Below are positions 1 through 9,002 of a stretch of 64,000 nucleotides of DNA, one piece after another. The stretch spans positions 820-64,819 of the forward strand of contig JBJEQP010000038.1 of assembly GCA_051881815.1 (NCBI GenBank), given 5' to 3'. The first letter of the stretch is position 1, and every line of letters starts with the position of its first letter. The notes under the pieces were generated by a model, which saw nothing but the letters and a program-made list of their open reading frames with translations, was not told the DNA's origin and did no database searches. The DNA comes from Oscillospiraceae bacterium. Lineage in GTDB: Bacteria > Bacillota > Clostridia > Oscillospirales > Ruminococcaceae. The translations under genes were made by a program, and so were the position numbers.

Positions 1-1
1 C

Positions 2-925
2 GGCGCAAACGCTAACGCTGTTAAGGAGCTTGTTATCGCAGGTCTTCTCCTTACATCAAGAAAGATCCCCGACGCTATGGCATGGGCACAGACCCTCAAG
101 GGCAACGGCGCAGAGGTCGGAAAGATGGTTGAAAAGGGCAAGTCCCAGTTCGCAGGTCCCGAGATCATGGGCAAGACACTCGGTATTATCGGTCTTGGCG
201 CTATCGGCGTTCTCGTTGCAAATGCTGCTATCGCACTCGGCATGAAGGTTGTCGGCTACGATCCGTTCCTTTCCGTTAAGGCTGCTTTGAGCCTTGATCC
301 TTCGGTAAAGACTGTTTCGGATGTAAAGGAGCTTTACGCTGCTTCCGATTATATCACTATCCATGTTCCTTACAATGCAGATACGAAGGGTACTATCAAT
401 GCTGACGCTATCGCAGCAATGAAGGACGGCGTTCGTGTACTTAACTTTGCAAGAGGTGAGCTCGTTGACAACGCTGCTATCCTTCCTGCACTCGAAAGTG
501 GCAAGGTAGCTGCATACATCACAGACTTCCCGTCCGATGAGGTTCTTGGCGCAAAGGGCGTTATCGCTGTTCCTCACCTTGGTGCATCCACTCCCGAATC
601 GGAGGATAACTGCGCAAAGATGGCTGCTCTTGAGCTTATCGACTACATTGAAAACGGCAATATCAAGAACTCCGTAAACTATCCCGACGCTGCAATGAAC
701 GCTGCCGGAACAAAGATATGCGTAATGCACAAGAATGTTCCTGCTGTTATCTCCGCACTCACGACAGCTCTCGGCGATGCAGGACTCAACATTGACAATA
801 TGCTCAACAAGTCTAAGAAGGACTACGCTTATACTCTCCTCGATGTTGCAGGCGATGTAAGCGACGATGTTGTTGCAAAGCTTACTGCTGTTGATACTAT
901 TATCAAGGTAAGAGTTATCAAGTAA
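2..925 (+). CDS. serA: D-3-phosphoglycerate dehydrogenase-type 2-hydroxyacid dehydrogenase, 5'-truncated by window edge, C-terminal ACT-like domain
   Basis: Frame is open to the window edge. NAD-binding GxGxxG 'GIIGLGAIGVLVA', 'RGELVD', and an ACT-like tail 'MHKNVPAVISALTTALGDAGLNIDNM'. Confidence 0.8.
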   Translation, partial: GANANAVKELVIAGLLLTSRKIPDAMAWAQTLKGNGAEVGKMVEKGKSQFAGPEIMGKTLGIIGLGAIGVLVANAAIALGMKVVGYDPFLSVKAALSLDPSVKTVSDVKELYAASDYITIHVPYNADTKGTINADAIAAMKDGVRVLNFARGELVDNAAILPALESGKVAAYITDFPSDEVLGAKGVIAVPHLGASTPESEDNCAKMAALELIDYIENGNIKNSVNYPDAAMNAAGTKICVMHKNVPAVISALTTALGDAGLNIDNMLNKSKKDYAYTLLDVAGDVSDDVVAKLTAVDTIIKVRVIK

Positions 926-985
926 GAGGGGATGCTCGCAGGCAGCTTTGCGTTAAGCCGAGTTAGTTTTTTATAAAAAAGCAAG

Positions 986-1027
986 ATCACCCTGTCATAG
1001 CACAAATTGTTATGACGGGTGATTTTT
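986..1027 (+). terminator. Rho-independent terminator after serA
   Basis: Stem atcaccctgtcata / tatgacgggtgat followed by TTTTT. Confidence 0.75.
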
Positions 1028-1083
1028 GTTTCCCGTGTTGCAGTTTGCACAAAAAGAAGCAAGCAAAATCGGGGATGTAAACG

Positions 1084-1113
1084 TTGACATAAGCAAGTCT
1101 TATTTGATATAAT
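1084..1113 (+). promoter_or_regulatory. sigma-A-type promoter
   Basis: TTGACA (1084-1089), 18-nt spacer, TGATATAAT (-10 at 1108-1113), 30 nt upstream of the next CDS. Confidence 0.6.
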
Positions 1114-1143
1114 ATAGAAAATGAAAACTGACGGAGGGTTTTT

Positions 1144-2571
1144 ATGGCAAATTACAAAAAGATCACTGCAGCTGCGCTGGCTGTACTTATGGCTTCGGGT
1201 CTTGCAGCCTGCGGAAGCGGTTCGGATATCCCCGAGGAAACTACCACACAGGCGACAGTTCCGATAAATACTGCAGAGCTTTCCGAAGAAGAAGCAGAGC
1301 AGGTCAAGGGCGTTGCCGATCTTCTTACGGGTGAGCTTGAAAACAAGACGATCAAGTGGTTCTCGTTCTATGATCCTTTCCATGCTACGACTTCGGGCAA
1401 CACAAAGGCTCTTTCACTTGAACTTTTTGAAGAAAAGTATGACGGTGTTATCGAATATATCCCGACAACATGGGATAAGCGTTTCGACGACCTTTCCACG
1501 AAGATCATCGGCGGCGAAGGTCTTGACTTTATCGCAGGCGGCGACCTTGACTCATTCCCGAACGGTGTAACGAACGGTATGTTTGAGCCTGTTGACAGCC
1601 TCATCGACTATGACAGCGACCTCTGGGCACCGGTAAAGGAGCTCAACGATATGTTCTTCCTCGGCGGAAAGCACTACCTCATCGCAACCGCTGCAACAAC
1701 GGGTCAGGTCGTTTACTACAACCGCCAGACTATCGAAGCATACGGTCTGGACGACCCTGCAGATCAGCTTGAAGAAGGCACTTGGACTTGGGATACCTTT
1801 AAGCAGGATCTTCTCGAATTCTGCGATCCCGATGCAGGCAACTTCGGCCTTGACGGATGGTTCAACGAAAAGCCGCTCATGATGACATCGGGCGCTCCCG
1901 CTCTCGAGATCAAGGACGGAAAGCTTTCCGATAATTTCTACAGCGCCGATCTTGAACGTGCAATGAATTTCCAGAGAGAACTTTTTGACAACGGACTTAT
2001 CCTTGACAAGAATCTCACAGGCTGGAAAACTCATATCGAATATATCGGCGAAGGCAAGGAGCTTTTCTACATAAGCGGTCTTTATGAGATCAACTCTGCT
2101 CCCGATATCTGGACAAAGACCTTCGGCGAACCCGAGGATGTAATGTTCGTTCCGCTTCCGAAGGATCCGAACGCTGACGCTTACTATCTCCCTGCAGGTC
2201 TTGAAGCTTATATGCTCTGCAAGGGCGCGCAGAACCCCGAAGGCGTTATCAAGTTCATGGAATGTATCCTCGCAGCAAACAGCGATGACAGAACAAAGCA
2301 GATCAACCGCGACAAGAGCATCAACGACTTCGGCTGGACCGAGGAAATGCTCGCAATGCAGGACAAGATCAGCGAAATGACAGCAGAGCATCCTGTTTAT
2401 GATCTCTGCAACGGCGTTCAGCCCGACCTCAACTCCCTCGTTGACAGCGGTCAGACAGGTGTAAGAGCTGCATTCCAGGGCGGCGACTGGGCAACGGTAA
2501 GAGAGGCTCTCGAAACAGCTGCAAAGATCTACATTGATGAATTCAATGCCGAAATTGAAGCTATGCAGTAA
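1144..2571 (+). CDS. extracellular solute-binding lipoprotein (ABC-type substrate-binding protein family), orphan
   Basis: Signal peptide with lipobox 'LAACGSG'. Size and composition fit family-1 substrate-binding proteins. Clear paralogue of 2827-4290. No permease or ATPase gene adjacent. Confidence 0.75.
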   Translation: MANYKKITAAALAVLMASGLAACGSGSDIPEETTTQATVPINTAELSEEEAEQVKGVADLLTGELENKTIKWFSFYDPFHATTSGNTKALSLELFEEKYDGVIEYIPTTWDKRFDDLSTKIIGGEGLDFIAGGDLDSFPNGVTNGMFEPVDSLIDYDSDLWAPVKELNDMFFLGGKHYLIATAATTGQVVYYNRQTIEAYGLDDPADQLEEGTWTWDTFKQDLLEFCDPDAGNFGLDGWFNEKPLMMTSGAPALEIKDGKLSDNFYSADLERAMNFQRELFDNGLILDKNLTGWKTHIEYIGEGKELFYISGLYEINSAPDIWTKTFGEPEDVMFVPLPKDPNADAYYLPAGLEAYMLCKGAQNPEGVIKFMECILAANSDDRTKQINRDKSINDFGWTEEMLAMQDKISEMTAEHPVYDLCNGVQPDLNSLVDSGQTGVRAAFQGGDWATVREALETAAKIYIDEFNAEIEAMQ

Positions 2572-2623
2572 AACGGTAATAAATAGTTAACAAAAGATTT
2601 ACAAATAACTTAATCGTTTAAAA

Positions 2624-2665
2624 AGCAAATCGGGGCGAAAATCACCTCGATTTGCTAATTTTTTT
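2624..2665 (+). terminator. Rho-independent terminator
   Basis: agcaaatcgggg / cctcgatttgct stem followed by a T-run. Confidence 0.75.
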
Positions 2666-2711
2666 GTGAGAAACCACAAAAACGTTATAAATCAAATATT
2701 CAAATTCAACA

Positions 2712-2740
2712 TTGACTTGAAAAGCTGTTTTTGATATAAT
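2712..2740 (+). promoter_or_regulatory. sigma-A-type promoter
   Basis: TTGACT, 17-nt spacer, TGATATAAT. Confidence 0.6.
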
Positions 2741-2826
2741 ATATTTGCTAATATAAGGTGTACAAATTATCTCGTTGTACATTAGGTTTTATAGTCCCTT
2801 TCAAGGGAAATATTTGGAGGTTACAA

Positions 2827-4290
2827 ATGAAAAATACCAAGAAGATACTTGCAGGTATTATGGCTCTTTCAATGACTGCAGCTCTCACTGCCTGCGGCGA
2901 CAATGGAACAGAAGGCGGCAATACAGCAGAGGAAACAACAACCGTCACCACTACCACTGCCAAGACTGTTGCTATCAACGATGAAGGCCTTAAAGATGGC
3001 GAACAGGAAAGTCTTGATGCAGTTATGGAACAGCTTCAGGACGTTGAGATGGAAAACAAGACAGTCAAGTGGCTCGCTCACTATGACCTTAACCCCAGCA
3101 CTACCGGCGCAAGCAAGTCCGTTGGCCTTGAAATGTTTGAACAGAAGTACGGCGGAAAGCTTGAATGGATACCTACAACATGGAATTCTCGTTACGATGA
3201 CCTTTCCACACAGGTTCTCGGCGGCGGCGGCGTAGATATCTTCCCCGGCGACGATACAGCTAACTTCCCGAAGGGTATCATCAACGGAATGTTCCAGCCT
3301 GTTGACGATTATATCGACATCAACTCTGCTGTATGGCAGAATGTTTCAGCCGGAATGGATCTGTTCAAGTTCGGCGGAAAGCACTTTGAACTCGTTACAT
3401 CCATTACACCGGAAGCAATCGTAATTTATGATAAGTCCACTATCGAAGCACAGGGCTTTGACGATCCGTGGGAGCTTTATGAAAAGGGAGATTGGAACTG
3501 GGATACCTTCAAGTCCATGCTCTTTGAATTCGTTGATCCCGATTCCTCACAGTACGGTCTTGACGGCTACTGGAATGAAAAGGCTCTTCTTATGTCCGCA
3601 GGCGTTCCTATGGTTGGTCTTTCCGCTGACGGCGGCGTACAGAGCAATGTTAATGATCCTACAGTTGAAAAGGCAATGAACTTCCAGTATGAGCTCAATC
3701 AGAACGGCTGTAAGTTCCCGAAGGAACAGTTCAGCTGGAATGAGCAGCCGCAGATGCTCGGCGAGGGCGCAGAGCTGTTCTACATAGTTGGACCTTACTG
3801 CGTACAGGCCGCTCCCGAAACATGGTCTGTCGGCGTTGAGCCTGAAAACCTCGGTGTTGTTCCCGTTCCTTCTCCTGCAGGCTCCGATCCGTACCAGGGC
3901 GCAAAGATCAACGGTTTTGCTCTCTGTAAGGGTGCTGCTAATCCGCAGGGCGCTGCATTGTTCGCTGAATGTAATATCCTTGGTGCTGCTGACGAAAGAG
4001 CTATCGCAATTTCCGACAGAAAGGCTTCTGACGACTATAAGTGGAGCCAGGAGATCATCGACAAGATGAAGGAGATCGAAGAACTTGCAAGAAAGTATCC
4101 TGTTGTTGAATATGCTACAGGCTGCTCGTCCGATATCGCTTCCATCACTACAGACGGCGGCGATCAGATGGGTATGAGAGCTGCATTTGACGGCACAGAC
4201 TGGGCAACAATGAGGGAAACTATCGCTGATACAGTTAATATGCTCGTTGAGGAAGTTGACCAGAACCTCAAGACTGCTATCAATTCCTGA
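2827..4290 (+). CDS. extracellular solute-binding lipoprotein, paralogue of 1144-2571
   Basis: Start moved to 'MKNTKKILAG' behind GGAGG. Lipobox 'LTACGDN'. Shared blocks with the upstream gene include 'ENKT(I/V)KW', 'IPTTW', 'DDLST', 'FPxG(V/I)xNGMFxPVD'. Confidence 0.75.
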   Translation: MKNTKKILAGIMALSMTAALTACGDNGTEGGNTAEETTTVTTTTAKTVAINDEGLKDGEQESLDAVMEQLQDVEMENKTVKWLAHYDLNPSTTGASKSVGLEMFEQKYGGKLEWIPTTWNSRYDDLSTQVLGGGGVDIFPGDDTANFPKGIINGMFQPVDDYIDINSAVWQNVSAGMDLFKFGGKHFELVTSITPEAIVIYDKSTIEAQGFDDPWELYEKGDWNWDTFKSMLFEFVDPDSSQYGLDGYWNEKALLMSAGVPMVGLSADGGVQSNVNDPTVEKAMNFQYELNQNGCKFPKEQFSWNEQPQMLGEGAELFYIVGPYCVQAAPETWSVGVEPENLGVVPVPSPAGSDPYQGAKINGFALCKGAANPQGAALFAECNILGAADERAIAISDRKASDDYKWSQEIIDKMKEIEELARKYPVVEYATGCSSDIASITTDGGDQMGMRAAFDGTDWATMRETIADTVNMLVEEVDQNLKTAINS

Positions 4291-4317
4291 TTTTATTCTA
4301 ATAAATAAAAAACACGA

Positions 4318-4345
4318 CCGCTGTTCCGATTTTTCGGAGCAGCGG
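4318..4345 (+). terminator. hairpin terminator after second solute-binding protein gene
   Basis: ccgctgttccga / tcggagcagcgg stem; weak U tract. Confidence 0.5.
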
Positions 4346-4350
4346 TATTA

Positions 4351-4509
4351 TACTAATCCCCATTTAACCTGTAGATAAATTAGGCAGCTATAATTGCGCC
4401 ACTCGTCGTCAAGCTCCCTTGACAGGCGGCAAGCCTGCCTGCGGTCGCTTACCTTGATTGGTGCAATTCTATCTGCCGACTTTATCTACAGAACAAATGG
4501 GGATTAGTA
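4351..4509 (+). repeat. structured dispersed repeat, copy 1 (TACTAAT...ATTAGTA hairpin element)
   Basis: 159 nt. Ends TACTAATCCCCATTT / AAATGGGGATTAGTA. Nested arms CTGTAGATAAA/TTTATCTACAG, GGCAG/CTGCC and AATTGCGCC/GGTGCAATT. Core GTCAAGCTCCCTTGAC hairpin. Related copies at 14783, 15755, 21890 and 58492. Confidence 0.85.
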
Positions 4510-4629
4510 TTAATTTATTACAAAATGGATAAAAATTTCATTTACCACTTCCATTTGCGGCTGAAATTTGGTATAATATAATGTGCATATATCTGAATAA
4601 TTTTTCTCCCGAAAGGAATGGTAATATAT

Positions 4630-5982
4630 ATGAAGAAAATAGCGGTTTTGTTGTCCGTTCTGCTGCTTCTTCCGCTGCTTATGCCGATAAAAGCCGACGC
4701 AGTAACATTTACGCCGAATTTCACCGTCAACAGTGAAGCTGCGGTGCTGATAAACCTTGATAAGGATATCGTTGTATATGAGAAAAATCCGACAAAGAAG
4801 ATATATCCTGCTTCTTTGACAAAAATAATGACGGCGATAGTCGTTCTCGACCATGTCAAGGATCTCGACAATACCGAGTTTGAAGCTCCGCTCGTTGTTT
4901 TTGACGAGCTTTACGGTCAGGGTGCGTCCGCAGTAGGCTTCTCACGAGGAGAGGTTGCAACGGTCACCGATCTTATGTACTCAATGCTTATGTATTCGGC
5001 GTGTGAGTCGGCAGGCATCCTTGCTTACAATGTCGGAAACGAAAGCATCCCGAACTTTGTTGATATGATGAACGAGAAGGCAAAGGAGATCGGCTGCACG
5101 GGTACAAGCTTTGCAAATCCGCATGGACTTTTCGACGAAAACCAGTACACAAACGCCCGTGATATGGCGCTTATCGCAAAGTACGCCGTTGAAAATTATC
5201 CGAAATTCGTTGAGATCGCCTGCACGACCGAATATACGATGAAAGCGACAAACTACCAGGCAGAAGGCTGGGCAACGATCTATCACACGAATAAAATGCT
5301 CCGTCCGAGCTCCGATTACTATTATCAGTATGCAAGAGGACTGAAAACGGGTACTCTTGACGAATCGGGAAGAAACCTTGTTTCTATGGCTCGTAAGGAC
5401 GGCAACAACTACCTCCTCGTTACAATGGGTGCGCCTATGTATGATGCCGACGGAAACGCCGTCAACGGTCAGTTCGAGGATCACAAGAACATCTATGAAT
5501 GGGCATTCGAGAATTTTTCCTACGAAAAGATACTTTCAACAGGTCAGGAAATAACCGAGCTCCCCGTTAAGCTCGGTCAGGATCAGGATCACGTTCTCCT
5601 CGTTCCCTCGGAGGATTTCTATACGCTCTGGCCGAAAACGCTTGATACCTCCAACCTCAAGACCGAGATAAACACCTCGGAAGCGCTCGATGAGGACGGA
5701 ATGGTGATGGCTCCCGTTGAAAAGGGTCAGAAGCTCGGCACATATACGCTCTCGCTTTCGGGAGAAATACTCTGTACGGTCGATCTTGTTGCAAAGGACG
5801 GTGTAGAGCTTTCTCGCATCGACTATAATATACTTAAAGCCAAAGCGTTCGTGAACTCGTTCTGGTTCAAGCTTGCGGCAGGCATTGCGGTTGCTCTTAT
5901 CGTGATATATACGGTGCTTCTTGCAATTGCAGCCAAGAAACGCAAGCGCAGAAAGCACGTCAACGGAAAAAGAAGATTTTAA
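4630..5982 (+). CDS. dacB: D-alanyl-D-alanine carboxypeptidase (S11 penicillin-binding protein), C-terminal membrane anchor
   Basis: Signal peptide, SxxK 'SLTK', KTG 'LKTGT'. The SxN position reads 'SAC'. C-terminal TM helix plus basic tail. Confidence 0.8.
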   Translation: MKKIAVLLSVLLLLPLLMPIKADAVTFTPNFTVNSEAAVLINLDKDIVVYEKNPTKKIYPASLTKIMTAIVVLDHVKDLDNTEFEAPLVVFDELYGQGASAVGFSRGEVATVTDLMYSMLMYSACESAGILAYNVGNESIPNFVDMMNEKAKEIGCTGTSFANPHGLFDENQYTNARDMALIAKYAVENYPKFVEIACTTEYTMKATNYQAEGWATIYHTNKMLRPSSDYYYQYARGLKTGTLDESGRNLVSMARKDGNNYLLVTMGAPMYDADGNAVNGQFEDHKNIYEWAFENFSYEKILSTGQEITELPVKLGQDQDHVLLVPSEDFYTLWPKTLDTSNLKTEINTSEALDEDGMVMAPVEKGQKLGTYTLSLSGEILCTVDLVAKDGVELSRIDYNILKAKAFVNSFWFKLAAGIAVALIVIYTVLLAIAAKKRKRRKHVNGKRRF

Positions 5983-5994
5983 GGAGGCTTTTTT

Positions 5995-6270
5995 ATGGAA
6001 GAAAAGAAAAGGATCAGCATTTCAAGTCTTGTTCTCGGCATTGTCGGAACGGTTTTTGCGTTCTTTATCCCTGCTGTGACATACGGCTGTTCGATACCGG
6101 GTCTTGTACGGGGCGTAAAAAAGCGTAAGATCAAGAACTGTACAGCAGGCATCACGCTCAATATCGTGGCACTTGCGATAGCGGTGTTCAATTCGCTCGC
6201 AGGTATCCTTGTCACGTTAAAGGTCTACGGTTCGGAAAAGAGCGATGAAAGCTCCTGCGGAGAGGAATGA
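5995..6270 (+). CDS. small membrane protein (2 predicted TM helices)
   Basis: GGAGG 7 nt upstream; two hydrophobic helices; no recognisable family. Confidence 0.55.
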   Translation: MEEKKRISISSLVLGIVGTVFAFFIPAVTYGCSIPGLVRGVKKRKIKNCTAGITLNIVALAIAVFNSLAGILVTLKVYGSEKSDESSCGEE

Positions 6271-6279
6271 TCGTATCAG

Positions 6280-7149
6280 ATGAATAAGGTTATGGCGGTG
6301 CTGAAGAACAAGTGGTTCATACTGTTCATAAGCATTCTCAACGGCGCATATACGATAGGACTGCTCTATTTTGCGTATATTGCGGTGTTTTATAAGATCG
6401 AGTTTGAAAACACGGTGAAGTTTGCGGTCGTTTATTCCGCTGTTTCCGTTATTATCGGACTTTTTATGTATTATACAAGGCGTTCTGCGCTCACAGCGGT
6501 GTTCAATATTCTGAACCTTGCGGCATTTCTGCCGTCGCTGCTGCTCAACTGGGGAAACTGGCCGCTGCTTATACCGGCTGCGATAGTAACGCTGTTCGGT
6601 TTTTTCTCCTGCAAGATGAACGAAACGGTCAAAACGGTGTTCGGAACGATCTTTCTGCTGGTATATATTATCGGCTGTATAATTTTCTTCCTTGTGATGA
6701 ATGTCTTTGTTGTAAAAACGACCGATACGGTGCTTGAAAATGGCGTTTCGCCTTCGGGAAATTTCCGTTACTACGTTCTTAACGTTGAAAACAAGTCATC
6801 GGGAAAAACTGCGGTATATATCGAGCCTAACACGATAGATATTGATGTTATGGGAATGTTCAAGCTTGATACGACTGTAAAGAAGCTTGTCAAGCAGGCG
6901 AACAACCCGACAACAATGGAGCTTCGCTGGGACGGCGATCTGCTCTATATCAACAACGAGGAATACTTCGACGAAAAGGACTTCTATTCGTCCGAAGAAG
7001 GCTATGTCTTCACCGATGACAACTGGACGCACACCTACTTCAACGCCGATTATCCGATCTTCGATTCAATTTACACAATGGTCGAGGCGGTAAAGAAGTT
7101 CATCGCAAAGCTCAAAGGCGATCAGGCTGTGCTTATGCTTATCGGATAA
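6280..7149 (+). CDS. polytopic membrane protein, hypothetical
   Basis: About 5 N-terminal TM helices plus a soluble C-terminal domain. Terminator hairpin at about 7155-7195. Confidence 0.55.
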   Translation: MNKVMAVLKNKWFILFISILNGAYTIGLLYFAYIAVFYKIEFENTVKFAVVYSAVSVIIGLFMYYTRRSALTAVFNILNLAAFLPSLLLNWGNWPLLIPAAIVTLFGFFSCKMNETVKTVFGTIFLLVYIIGCIIFFLVMNVFVVKTTDTVLENGVSPSGNFRYYVLNVENKSSGKTAVYIEPNTIDIDVMGMFKLDTTVKKLVKQANNPTTMELRWDGDLLYINNEEYFDEKDFYSSEEGYVFTDDNWTHTYFNADYPIFDSIYTMVEAVKKFIAKLKGDQAVLMLIG

Positions 7150-7215
7150 ATGCTTTTTCGCCGCAAAGGGGTGACCCTTTTGCGGCGAAAATTTTTGATT
7201 TTTTTCAAAAAAGCC

Positions 7216-7244
7216 TTGACAAGAGGAAAATCGTGTGATATAAT
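7216..7244 (+). promoter_or_regulatory. rplJL promoter
   Basis: TTGACA (7216-7221), 17-nt spacer, TGATATAAT (-10 at 7239-7244). Confidence 0.7.
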
Positions 7245-7249
7245 ATGAG

Positions 7250-7390
7250 GGTTGTTTGACAACGGCTATCGTGTTCTAAAGACAGCAGGTGGTTTTTACC
7301 GTAAATCCTGCCGAGGAAAGATCGCTGAAGTATAAGATACTTTCGCCCTTTTCAGTCTTTGACCGAAAAGGTTTTTCTTTTTTCGGATCC
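7250..7390 (+). promoter_or_regulatory. ribosomal protein L10 leader (autoregulatory attenuator)
   Basis: Structured 5' UTR between the promoter and rplJ, ending in the hairpin cccttttcag...ccgaaaagg plus a U-run. Position and architecture fit the Firmicutes L10 leader. Not verified with a covariance model. Confidence 0.55.
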
Positions 7391-7498
7391 GGCAGCAATT
7401 GTTACCAACCGATCTATGATTTGATACCAAGCTGTCTTCAACGGGATTACGTTTATGACGGATAAGGTATTATGTACAATTACGGAGGTGAAAACATT

Positions 7499-8017
7499 AT
7501 GCCAAGCGCAAAGGTACTTGAATCCAAGAAGGCAAGAGTTGAAGAGCTTACCGAAATTATCAAGAACGCTGTATCGGGTGTTATCGTTGATTACAAGGGT
7601 ATTTCCGTTGCAGATGATACCAAGCTTCGTAAGGAACTCAGAGAAGCAGGCGTACAGTACTTTGTAGAGAAGAACTCTATGCTCCGTTTCGCTCTTAAGA
7701 ACGCAGGTATCGAGGGTCTTGATGATGTTCTCGAAGGAACAACATCTATCGCTCTTTCCAACGACGACCAGACTGCTCCTGCTCGTATCATCGGTAAGTA
7801 TATCGAAGGCGCAGACGAAAAGTCCACTTTCTCCATGAAGGCAGGCTTCATCGGCGGCGAGGTTTACGACAAGGCAGGCGTTACCGCTCTTTCCAAGATC
7901 CCTTCAAAGGAAGTTCTTCTTGCACAGCTTCTCGGTTCTCTCCAGAGCCCTCTTCAGAAGTTCGCTGCTACAGTTCAGGCAGTTGCAGACAAGAAGAAAG
8001 AGGAAGAAGTTGCTTAA
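7499..8017 (+). CDS. rplJ: 50S ribosomal protein L10
   Basis: Start at 'MPSAKVLESKK' behind GGAGGTG. L10-typical sequence, followed by rplL. Confidence 0.95.
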   Translation: MPSAKVLESKKARVEELTEIIKNAVSGVIVDYKGISVADDTKLRKELREAGVQYFVEKNSMLRFALKNAGIEGLDDVLEGTTSIALSNDDQTAPARIIGKYIEGADEKSTFSMKAGFIGGEVYDKAGVTALSKIPSKEVLLAQLLGSLQSPLQKFAATVQAVADKKKEEEVA

Positions 8018-8104
8018 TTGCAATAAGCTATGCGGCATGATATGTCCGCAGAAAAACAAATGCGCATAAGCGCAGAAAATCAAATTATAAAGGAGATTAT
8101 TATC

Positions 8105-8476
8105 ATGGCATCTGAGAAAATTACTAACATTTTAGATCTTATCGATTCCCTCACAATCCTTGAACTCAACGAACTCGTTGAAGGTGTTCAGGAGAAGTAC
8201 GGTGTATCCGCAGTTGTAGCTGCTGCTCCTGCTGCAGGCGCTGCAGGCGCTGCTGCTGCAGAAAAGACAGAATTTGACGTTGTTCTTGCTTCCTTCGGTG
8301 AGAAGAAGATGGACGTTATCAAGGCTGTTAAGGATATCTGCGGTCTTTCCCTTAAGGAAGCTAAGGAGCTCGTTGAAGCTGCTCCTAAGGCTCTCAAGGA
8401 AGGCGCTTCCAAGGCTGACGCTGAAGAGATCAAGACAAAGCTCGAAGCTGCAGGCGCTACAATCGAACTCAAGTAA
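8105..8476 (+). CDS. rplL: 50S ribosomal protein L7/L12
   Basis: '[17 protein letters not shown]', Ala-rich hinge, '[12 protein letters not shown]...[21 protein letters not shown]'. Confidence 0.95.
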   Translation: MASEKITNILDLIDSLTILELNELVEGVQEKYGVSAVVAAAPAAGAAGAAAAEKTEFDVVLASFGEKKMDVIKAVKDICGLSLKEAKELVEAAPKALKEGASKADAEEIKTKLEAAGATIELK

Positions 8477-8500
8477 GTTTGATACTTTCGTAACTATAAA

Positions 8501-8531
8501 ACCCGTTCTCTTTAGGGAGGACGGGTTTTTT
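8501..8531 (+). terminator. rplJL terminator
   Basis: acccgttctc / gaggacgggt stem followed by TTTTT. Confidence 0.8.
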
Positions 8532-8856
8532 ATTTTATCGGGGGATTAGTATTTGCCAGTCCCTTGATTATGTTTGCAATATTGTCAAGATGTTCGTCAT
8601 CGAGCTTTTTCAGATCTTCCAAAATATGCTGTATCTTTTCGGGGGCTTTGTTGTCGGTGTCGAAAAAATCCTTCGGGGATATGTTCAGATATTCGCATAT
8701 ATAGAAAAATCCTGCCATTGAGGGAAGAGCCTTGCCGTTTTCGATATTGTTTATATAGCTTGCGTTCTGACCGATAGATAAGCTCATATCTCTTGCCGAT
8801 ACGCCTTTTTCATTTCGGAGCTGTGCAAGACGCAGCGAAAATTCCTTTTCTGTCAT
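8530..8856 (-). CDS. XRE-family helix-turn-helix transcriptional regulator
   Basis: 'LAQLRNEKGVSARDMSLSIGQNASYINNIENG' HTH_3-type motif. The last codons overlap a solo end of the dispersed repeat. Confidence 0.8.
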   Translation of the reverse strand: MTEKEFSLRLAQLRNEKGVSARDMSLSIGQNASYINNIENGKALPSMAGFFYICEYLNISPKDFFDTDNKAPEKIQHILEDLKKLDDEHLDNIANIIKGLANTNPPIK

Positions 8857-8918
8857 ATTATACCACCTCTGTGTAATATTTTATCCTATATACAGGCGAT
8901 TTATATGTGATATAATCA

Positions 8919-8947
8919 TTGATTTGTTACATAATAAGTGATATAAT
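8919..8947 (+). promoter_or_regulatory. candidate sigma-A promoter with no downstream ORF
   Basis: TTGATT (8919-8924), 17-nt spacer, TGATATAAT (-10 at 8942-8947). A second TGATATAAT lies at 8908-8916. Confidence 0.4.
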
Positions 8948-9002
8948 ATGGTATAACGCAGAAAGATGCAGTATTAAAAGCTATAAATCGGTGAAAAAAG
9001 AA

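Noticed and set aside
8215-8265. GCT/GCA-rich microsatellite-like stretch
   Set aside because: It encodes the normal Ala-rich flexible hinge of ribosomal protein L7/L12.
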